A program made the translations under genes and the position numbers. Positions 57,212 to 64,000 of a stretch of 64,000 nucleotides of DNA are shown one piece after another. Under the pieces are notes generated by a model, which did no database searches, had not been told where the DNA came from, and worked only from the letters and a program-made list of their open reading frames with translations. Numbering within the stretch: position 1 is the stretch's first letter; each line of letters starts with the position of its first letter. Source of the DNA: a bacterium (lineage in GTDB: Bacteria > UBA8248). The stretch is taken from contig CBDATS010000002.1 in the NCBI GenBank assembly GCA_965200245.1, positions 54,552 through 118,551 on the forward strand. The letters run 5' to 3'.

Positions 57212-58141
57212 TCAACATCTATTCATGGCCTCATGGCCGAGGCCGAGTATCCATCCTTCTTCCGTCCTGACGATTCGCCGCTCGTCGAGATTGAGATAAG
57301 GAGCACCCTCGAACAAGGGGCCTAGACGGCCCAATGCGTCGAGCCACGCGAAAGCCTCCGCATTCACGCGAACCTGAGCGGCGTCGAGTATCTCACCCAC
57401 ATTCTGTCGCTTTTCGATCTCTATCCTGAGGAGGGAGGGATAGATTTCACAAATCACGGCGGACCCTTCCCCTTCTGGCACTTCGGGCACGCAGAGACCG
57501 GTATCGAAGGGCCAGACGGCGAGGCGGCGTTCTTTGAGGAGCGAATGCTCGACGAGGCGCTTGAGAGCGGGAATGCCCAGGAGTGTCTGCGAACCGACGG
57601 AACCTGCGTAGAACAGTTGCCACACGCTCTTGGCGCCTTTGGCTTTATGATCGGCGATTCGCCATTCGCAGGGATGCCCCTTCTCGTTCGTACGGTCTGA
57701 GGCGTTTGTCGGCACGTTGGGGTAATTCTGTTCTTTCGGGCGCCCCCAAAAGGGACCAGTCCCCGGATAAGTTTCGTTGATCTTCGCTGCGACCTCGAAG
57801 CGGTTGTTCTTATTTTTAGAGTTGTCACAGATATGGAGCTTCAACCAATCCCAAAGTGCAAAGGCCGAATCCTCGCCCGTCAGGTGCTTCGCAACTCCGG
57901 CGGGATATCCGAAGGGAAAATCGAAGCCTATCAATACCCGCCGGTCAGCGTCGAGTTCCTTTGAGATAAGGCAGGCGAGCCGCTCCACAGCATCATGTCG
58001 GGTGCGGGCGTAAGCGAGTTCTACCACGCCGTCCCTGGCGGCGGCCCAGCAGATGGCGTCTTCCGTATAACCCTCGGAGCTCGGCGACGAACGTGCCGAC
58101 CAGTCGACCATGACGTATGTGTCGAAGATGTTCTCGGGCAA
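57212..58141 (-). CDS. Conserved hypothetical protein (N-terminal VDWSA motif, DUF429-like)
   Basis: 309 aa; TTG start with an AGGAGGA RBS; coherent globular sequence; function not recognised. Confidence 0.55.
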   Translation of the reverse strand: MPENIFDTYVMVDWSARSSPSSEGYTEDAICWAAARDGVVELAYARTRHDAVERLACLISKELDADRRVLIGFDFPFGYPAGVAKHLTGEDSAFALWDWLKLHICDNSKNKNNRFEVAAKINETYPGTGPFWGRPKEQNYPNVPTNASDRTNEKGHPCEWRIADHKAKGAKSVWQLFYAGSVGSQTLLGIPALKRLVEHSLLKERRLAVWPFDTGLCVPEVPEGEGSAVICEIYPSLLRIEIEKRQNVGEILDAAQVRVNAEAFAWLDALGRLGPLFEGAPYLNLDERRIVRTEEGWILGLGHEAMNRC

Positions 58142-58204
58142 GCGGTACTCCTCCTAAAAACGGATTGTCCTCACGAGAGGAACCCTGTGTCAGACGACCT
58201 CACA

Positions 58205-59380
58205 CTAGCCGCAGAGTTTCTCCTGGAGCCAGTCAAACATGTAGGTCGCGCCGATGGCGTAGTTGTCGCGCTGGCAGTGCTGGGAGCCGCCCTCCTCCAC
58301 GGTGAAGACCTTGAGCGTCTTGTCTTCGGAACCCACGGCGTCGTAGAGGGCCTGCGCGTCTTCGAGTGGAATCTGCTTGTCGTCCTCCCCGTGCGTGACG
58401 AGGAAGGGACACCGCATCTTCTGCACCACTCCGTCGAGCCGGAAGCCCTCGAGCTTGACCAGGGCGTCGTCGAGCGAATCCGCGTTCAGTATCCACTGGA
58501 TGTGATGGCCCGGAACGGAAAGTTCTGCCTTGAAGGAAGCTTCGATGCGCTTTTTCCAGGTGGCATGGTAGTCCCATATCGCCCCCCATGCCAGACACGC
58601 CTTGCAGCGGTCTTCCATGCTGGCGATGCGCGGCGCATAGTAACCGCCCAGGCTGATGGCCATGACACCCGCGCGGTTCACATCCACATCGTCTCTGGTT
58701 TCGAGGTAATCGAGTGCGGCCGAGCCCGCGACCTCGTAGTCGGGTCGCAGGTAGATTTCGCGCAGCCGGATGGCCTCGCCCGTGCCGGGGCCGTCCATGA
58801 TCAGGCAGCTCATGCCCCGGCGAACGAGGTCTTCCACGCCGCGCGTGAACTGAAGCTCCTTGGTGACGTCGAGTCCGTCGAAGAAGATCACCACAGGTGG
58901 TCTGCTCTCCTCGGTGTTCTCTGCGTGCACGAAATAGCCCGGCAGGTGCTTTCCACCCTCGAAGGGAACCTCCACGGCCTCGATTCGGGGCCTGTCCGTC
59001 AGGCGCACGAAACGGCGGAACACGTCGAGCGATTTCTCGAATGTGGCGATGGCTCGTTCGTCCTTGGGTGTCCGGAAACGCTCGCCCATCTGGTAGTAGC
59101 AGGTGGCACGCTTGTAGTGGGAGGCGGCGGAGAGATATCTGTTCGTCTCCTCGGCAGCACGCCCCAGATCGCGCACGATGTCGCCCATGCGATCCCACTC
59201 GTCGAACCAAAGGTCGTCGTCACCGAGCTTCCTGTAGAGGCGGCGGCAAACCTTGTCGACTTCGCCGATCTCCGTCCCGCCCCATTGCGCACTGGACACC
59301 ATGCCGCAGATGGCGGCCGACCAGCGGTAGTCTTCGGGAAAATACGTGAACCAGTTCGTGTTCGCGGGTGCTTCCGCCAT
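58205..59380 (-). CDS. Alpha/beta hydrolase (dienelactone hydrolase/peptidase S9-like)
   Basis: Nucleophile elbow ISLGG and C-terminal THGEDD; start at MAEAPANT with an AAGGAGG RBS. Confidence 0.75.
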   Translation of the reverse strand: MAEAPANTNWFTYFPEDYRWSAAICGMVSSAQWGGTEIGEVDKVCRRLYRKLGDDDLWFDEWDRMGDIVRDLGRAAEETNRYLSAASHYKRATCYYQMGERFRTPKDERAIATFEKSLDVFRRFVRLTDRPRIEAVEVPFEGGKHLPGYFVHAENTEESRPPVVIFFDGLDVTKELQFTRGVEDLVRRGMSCLIMDGPGTGEAIRLREIYLRPDYEVAGSAALDYLETRDDVDVNRAGVMAISLGGYYAPRIASMEDRCKACLAWGAIWDYHATWKKRIEASFKAELSVPGHHIQWILNADSLDDALVKLEGFRLDGVVQKMRCPFLVTHGEDDKQIPLEDAQALYDAVGSEDKTLKVFTVEEGGSQHCQRDNYAIGATYMFDWLQEKLCG

Positions 59381-59559
59381 GAAGAGCCTCCTTTGGACCG
59401 CATCCATATCGCACCAGATCACATGAACGCCCAGCCCTGCGAGTCGCGCGAATGCGGGTTATCGGGTTGAATGTAAACGGTGGGGATCATATCTTTGTTC
59501 CGAGCCGATAATCAAACTGATGAGCGGATTGCGGGCGTCCCGAGAATGAGGAATGTGCG

Positions 59560-60918
59560 ATGAGCGAAAGGAAAGACTTCGGAGCCATACTGGACTATAT
59601 CGACGCGAACGCGGAGCGTTTCGTGGCCGATTTACAGGAGCTATGTCGCCAGCCGAGCATCTCCACAACCAACGTCGGAATAAGGGAGATGGCGGCCCTG
59701 CTCGAATCCCGCGTGGCGCGCTCAGGCCTTGAGACGACGCTTCACGAGACCGGAGGCAACCCGATTCTCACCGCCCATCTCGCGGGCAAGGGCGACAAGA
59801 CGCTTCTCTTCTACAACCATTACGACGTGCAGCCTGCCGAGCCGCTTTCTGAATGGAACACCCCGCCCTTCGACGCCCAAGTGGTGGATGGCGCCATCAT
59901 CGCGCGGGGTGCGACGGACAACAAGGGCAACATCATGAGTCGCCTCGCGGCGTTCGAGGCGTTTCTCGCGGTGCGGGGAGAACTCCCCTGCACGGTCAAG
60001 TACATCATCGAGGGCGAAGAGGAGGTGGGAAGCCCATCACTCGAACCCTTCGTCATCGAAAATGCGGATTTACTCTCTGCAGACGGCTGCGTATGGGAGG
60101 ACAACACCACGCGGGTGGACATCCCCGTCCTGTCGCTCGGCAACAAGGGGCTTTGCTACATGGAACTCACCTGCCGGACGGCGAACGTGGACTTCCACAG
60201 TTCGAACGCACAGATATACGAAAACGCCGCCTGGCGGATGACCTGGGCACTCTCGACCATGAAGGATCGAGACGAAAACGTGCTCGTGGATGGATTCTAT
60301 GACGATGTGCTGCCCGTCAATGAAATCGAGGACAGTCTCATACGGCGTATCAGGCCCTACAACGGGGCCGAGCGCATCGAGAAGTTCGAACTTCGCAGGT
60401 TCCTCCTCGACATGAAAGATGAGGACCTCCCCCGCCGTCACCTCGCGAACCCCACCTTCAACATCGCAGGCTTTGACGGTGGCTACACCGGTGATGGGGT
60501 GAAAACCATCGTTTCGGCCCGCGCGCGCGCCAAGGTGGACTGCCGCCTCGTACCGAACCAGGATCCTTTCAGGATTCGCGATTGCGTGCGCGCACACCTT
60601 GACAAGCACGGCTTCGGGGATATCGGCGTAGAGCTTCTCTTCACCTCCTGCCCGGCGAAGAGCGACCCCGAGGCCGATATCGTCAAGGCCTGCAACGCAG
60701 CGGCACAGAGGCTCTACAGGCAGGACGCCATCATCAATCCCTTCGGTAACGGCAGCACGCCGACCTGGATCGTCTTGAAACATTTGGGCATCCCGCTCTC
60801 CTCCACAGGGGTGGGCCGCATCACCTCGCGAACGCACAGCGCGAACGAGAACCTCAAGATCGAGGACCTGATCGACGGGGCCAAGTGGATGGCCGCTATC
60901 TGCGAGGAGTTCAGCTGA
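59560..60918 (+). CDS. M20-family metallopeptidase/deacylase
   Basis: YNHYDVQP, ARGATDNKG and EGEEEVGS metal-site motifs. Confidence 0.85.
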   Translation: MSERKDFGAILDYIDANAERFVADLQELCRQPSISTTNVGIREMAALLESRVARSGLETTLHETGGNPILTAHLAGKGDKTLLFYNHYDVQPAEPLSEWNTPPFDAQVVDGAIIARGATDNKGNIMSRLAAFEAFLAVRGELPCTVKYIIEGEEEVGSPSLEPFVIENADLLSADGCVWEDNTTRVDIPVLSLGNKGLCYMELTCRTANVDFHSSNAQIYENAAWRMTWALSTMKDRDENVLVDGFYDDVLPVNEIEDSLIRRIRPYNGAERIEKFELRRFLLDMKDEDLPRRHLANPTFNIAGFDGGYTGDGVKTIVSARARAKVDCRLVPNQDPFRIRDCVRAHLDKHGFGDIGVELLFTSCPAKSDPEADIVKACNAAAQRLYRQDAIINPFGNGSTPTWIVLKHLGIPLSSTGVGRITSRTHSANENLKIEDLIDGAKWMAAICEEFS

Positions 60919-60993
60919 CAGTAAAGAGTTCATGCGGGCCGCGTTCGCGCGTCCGTTTTCATTGCGATGGCATCACGCCCACAGGAGAAGAAG

Positions 60994-61389
60994 ATGCATG
61001 TTTTCGATCTGGAAAAGGAAAAGGAGTTCAGCAGCGTAAAGCACGTGGAGAAAATCCTGGGCCGTTTCGAGGAAGGTGACGTGACGGTGGCCTGTTGGGA
61101 ACCCGGTCAGGTAAGTCCCTACCACTGCCACCCCTACGCGACGGAGATTTACTTCTGCTACAAGGGCGGCGGCAGAATGAAGACCCCCACCGGCGAGGTC
61201 GACGTCATACCCGGCTCTTTCATCGTCCATCCCCCGGGCGAACTTCACGAGTACACGAACGGCTCGGAACGCACGCTCCTCTACCGGGTGCGCTACGGAG
61301 GTGACAAGGTTTCGCGCCACAAGGAATGGCCCACCAACCCGAACTGGAAAGCCAGGCCCGAGGACGAAGAGTATTTCAAGGGCGAGTAA
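60994..61389 (+). CDS. Cupin-domain protein
   Basis: HCHPYATEIYF...PPGELHEY cupin motifs; AGGAGA RBS. Confidence 0.75.
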   Translation: MHVFDLEKEKEFSSVKHVEKILGRFEEGDVTVACWEPGQVSPYHCHPYATEIYFCYKGGGRMKTPTGEVDVIPGSFIVHPPGELHEYTNGSERTLLYRVRYGGDKVSRHKEWPTNPNWKARPEDEEYFKGE

Positions 61390-61494
61390 GCGTCGGTGAG
61401 TTACAGGGGCGGACCTGTGTAGCCGTCTCTACGAAATTACGCCTGAACCGATACCGAACCCTGAAACGAGAGGCGATGAGCCCCTGGCCGGAGC

Positions 61495-62292
61495 GTGCCC
61501 GTGAGCGACACGATGAATTTCGACGCCGGCGCCTCGCGCGGTGCCGAAGCCATTTACCAGACTCCGGACATGGTGGAGGCTAGACGGCAAACGATAGAAG
61601 CTTTGCGTCTCGCACCCGGCGTACGCGTTCTGGACGTGGGTTCGGGCCCCGGACTATTTGTCGATGAGATAGCGCACATTTGCGGCCCGACGGGTTTTGT
61701 GCACGGCGTCGACCTGAGCGAATCGATGAACGAGATCGCCCGGGCGCGCTGTGCCGATAAACCCTGGGTCGACTTTCAAGTCGCCGACGCCGTATCACTC
61801 CCGTTCGAAGACGGGGATTTCGACGCCTGCGTGTGCGTGCAGACGCTCGAGTTTGTGGCTGACGTGGGCGCGGCCTTGCGCGAGATTCACCGCGTGTTGA
61901 AACCCGGCGGACGACTCGTGGCCAGCGACACCGACTGGGGCACCACGACGTGGCACTGCAAGAATGCGGCGCTCTGCGAGCGGGTGATGGCTGGTTGGCT
62001 GGAAGGCTTCGCCCACCTGAGGCTGCCGCTTACGCTCAGGTCCAGCATCGAGGCGGCAGGCTTCGTCGGTGCTTCCGTACAGGCGACTCCCATTCTCAAC
62101 ACCGCCTACGGACCCGAGGGCTTCAGCTTTCACCTCATACGAATGATCCAGGGCGTCGTCCCGGGACGTACCGGCCTCACGCAGGAAGAGGTCGATACCT
62201 GGGCGGAAGACATGCGGGAACAAGGCGAGATGGGCGTTTATTTCTTTGCGCACTACAGGTACATGTTCACGGCAGACAAGTCGGGCCTGTAA
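61495..62292 (+). CDS. Class I SAM-dependent methyltransferase
   Basis: VLDVGSGPG motif I and LKPGGRL; the start may instead be the ATG at 61513. Confidence 0.8.
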   Translation: MPVSDTMNFDAGASRGAEAIYQTPDMVEARRQTIEALRLAPGVRVLDVGSGPGLFVDEIAHICGPTGFVHGVDLSESMNEIARARCADKPWVDFQVADAVSLPFEDGDFDACVCVQTLEFVADVGAALREIHRVLKPGGRLVASDTDWGTTTWHCKNAALCERVMAGWLEGFAHLRLPLTLRSSIEAAGFVGASVQATPILNTAYGPEGFSFHLIRMIQGVVPGRTGLTQEEVDTWAEDMREQGEMGVYFFAHYRYMFTADKSGL

Positions 62293-62295
62293 GGG

Positions 62296-63012
62296 TTATC
62301 CCTCTTTCGATTTAATCTTCTTGTACACTACGGGGATGAGCGAGAGCACGGCGAGTCCCACGAGCGCGATGATGACCTGCGGCGTCAGTATCCCCTTGGC
62401 GGAGAACTCACCCCCAGACTCGAATATGCTGCCGAGTCCCGCACCCACCGAAGCGAAGACGAACGATCCGGGAATGATCCCAAGGAACGTGCCGACAACG
62501 TAGACGCTCAAGGACACCCCGAGAAACGCAGGTACGAGGTTCACCACGAAAAAAGGAAAGATTGGCACCAGTCTCAAGACGAGAAGATAGCTCAACGCGT
62601 TTTCCTGAAAACCCTCCTCCATCTTCTGAAGCCAGGGGCCGGCCTTCGCCCGCAGGGGGTCTCCGAGTGAGGTCTTTGCTGCAATGAAGAGAACTGTCGC
62701 ACCCACCGTCGCACCCACGACGATGTAGAGCGCACCCCAGATAGCCCCAAAGAGAAAACCGCCGGTGATGCTCATCACCAGCCCCCCGGGAAGCGAGAAT
62801 ATTGTCACCGCCGCGTAGGCGAGCATGTAGGCGATGACGGCGAGAGTACCGTTCGTTTGCACCCAAGTCTTCAGGGCGTCCTGGTTCTCCCGCAAGGTAT
62901 CGAAAGTGAGGTAGCGACCCAGCCCCGAGTAGAAGAAGGCGACGAGCACAATGACGAGGAGCAACGGAATGATGAAATTTTTATACGATAGTTTTTTTCC
63001 TGTTTCGCTCAT
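62296..63012 (-). CDS. TVP38/TMEM64 (DedA-related) membrane protein
   Basis: 238 aa; LRLVPIFPFFVVN motif and multiple TM segments. Confidence 0.8.
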   Translation of the reverse strand: MSETGKKLSYKNFIIPLLLVIVLVAFFYSGLGRYLTFDTLRENQDALKTWVQTNGTLAVIAYMLAYAAVTIFSLPGGLVMSITGGFLFGAIWGALYIVVGATVGATVLFIAAKTSLGDPLRAKAGPWLQKMEEGFQENALSYLLVLRLVPIFPFFVVNLVPAFLGVSLSVYVVGTFLGIIPGSFVFASVGAGLGSIFESGGEFSAKGILTPQVIIALVGLAVLSLIPVVYKKIKSKEG

Positions 63013-63073
63013 TTTCGGATGACTGCTTTCATATTTTGGGCAGCGATTCGATAGGAATTTTTATTCCCTTTGG

Positions 63074-63268
63074 TTAGAAACTCAGCGCGCGCCTGCATGG
63101 CAATCCGCTTCTATCACATTTCACTTGCAGGGTGAAATCGGGATTGAAGTCGAAAATAAGTGCGATTTTCGACCTGATTCGGGGATAATAACTTTCTGCG
63201 CAACTGGTGATGAACTGATGTACACACGGCTGAAACCACATCAGACCCTCGGCATCCCACTTGTTCAT
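63074..63268 (-). CDS. Hypothetical small protein, ATGA-coupled to the upstream oxidoreductase
   Basis: 64 aa; its ATG overlaps the TGA of the Gfo/Idh/MocA gene. Confidence 0.35.
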   Translation of the reverse strand: MNKWDAEGLMWFQPCVHQFITSCAESYYPRIRSKIALIFDFNPDFTLQVKCDRSGLPCRRALSF

Positions 63269-64000
63269 AGATACCCCCGCACCTCCACCGTTCTGCCCAG
63301 ACGCGAACTCGCGTCCGCCGCGAAGACCACGGCGAGGTTCTCGTGCGCCACGCGGCCGTCCACCTCCGGCCTGCGGTCCTCGCGCACGCAATCGGCGAAG
63401 TCCCCGAGCGCGTCTCGGAACATGTCCCCCTCCGGCATGTGGTATACCGCGTCCTCCCCCAGCGGGTCCCTGTCCACGTGCAGGCGAATCGGTTCCGGCG
63501 CCTTCGACGGGTCGCGCCACTGCTGGCCCGTGATCCGGAAGTGCGCCACGCCCCCCGTGCCGTGCACGTTCATGTGAAACGCCCAAGGACACGCCCAGCC
63601 ACCACCCACGTAGGAGAGCACGCCGCTCTCGTGTTCCAGAATCATCATCGAGGTGTCGTCCACGTCCGCGGTCGCAAAGGCACGCTTCAGTTTCGCCGTC
63701 ACGCTCCTCACGGGCCCGTACAGGTAGCGGAACGTGTCGATGTGGTGAATCGACAGCTGGATCACCACACCCGTAGGGTTGAACTCCCGGCTCGAGCGCC
63801 ACTTCTCCGGCGTGAGTTCCAGCCCGCGCTCTGTGCAGAAGTTGCTCTCGCTCATCGAGACCCTGCCGATCTCGCCCGCATCCACGAGTTCCTTCAGGCG
63901 TCTCGACACGGCCAGGCGACGGGCACTGTGGCCCACCGCCAGTTTCACGCCCGCCCCCTCCACCGCATCCACGATCGCACGGGAATCCTCCAGGCTGTGG
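63265..64000 (-). CDS. Gfo/Idh/MocA-family oxidoreductase (C-terminal part; 5' end outside the window)
   Basis: C-terminal alpha/beta domain pattern (IGRVSMSESNF, IHHIDTFRYL); the ORF runs off the window edge. Confidence 0.7.
   Translation of the reverse strand, partial: HSLEDSRAIVDAVEGAGVKLAVGHSARRLAVSRRLKELVDAGEIGRVSMSESNFCTERGLELTPEKWRSSREFNPTGVVIQLSIHHIDTFRYLYGPVRSVTAKLKRAFATADVDDTSMMILEHESGVLSYVGGGWACPWAFHMNVHGTGGVAHFRITGQQWRDPSKAPEPIRLHVDRDPLGEDAVYHMPEGDMFRDALGDFADCVREDRRPEVDGRVAHENLAVVFAADASSRLGRTVEVRGYL

Noticed and set aside
1-64000. CRISPR arrays, rRNA genes, intact integrases or intact IS elements
   Set aside because: No spaced direct-repeat array was seen. The only tandem repeats are the 9-bp x3 unit at 27113 and the poly-G tract. 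All transposase-like sequences are fragmentary.

Overview
This is a GC-rich bacterial chromosomal window (GC judged by eye) with strong AGGAGG-type ribosome-binding sites; it looks proteobacterial, but I cannot assign taxonomy from sequence alone. The flanks (1-12.1 kb and 31.6-64 kb) carry ordinary housekeeping and catabolic genes. These include a 1-Cys peroxiredoxin, two LLM-class flavin oxidoreductases, MFS and EamA transporters, a DctQMP TRAP system, a TAXI-TRAP system next to SucCD-like acyl-CoA ligase genes, three aminotransferases with a ThrC-like enzyme, M19 and M20 peptidases, a radical SAM DNA-repair-type protein, and two tRNAs (Gln-CTG, Glu-CTC). The centre (about 12.1-31.6 kb) is a patchy, more AT-rich accessory island. 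It is packed with toxin-antitoxin, defence and mobile-element genes, and most of them are broken: HipA-like, ParE, two MNT/HEPN pairs, HigA, a GmrSD-like enzyme, an ABC-ATPase plus TOPRIM-like pair, IS1634-like and IS1595-like relics, and a retropepsin. The observations most worth following up are: (1) an AhpD/CMD-family gene whose only interruption is a TGA exactly at the second Cys of its CxxC motif, with a GGUC-looped hairpin about 20 nt downstream, making it a selenoprotein candidate; (2) an orphan NHLP-leader RiPP precursor with a 9-residue Cys-free core (SYGDGYWGA) and its own near-consensus promoter; (3) a 21-nt poly-G tract inside a binding-protein gene; (4) a PARIS/OLD-like ATPase plus TOPRIM-like pair interrupted in a C6 run within a polyproline linker; (5) a very high density of single-lesion gene disruptions, both nonsense codons and homopolymer frameshifts, including in core genes. 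No CRISPR array, rRNA or intact transposase was found. All calls come from reading the translations and folding by hand; no database search was possible.
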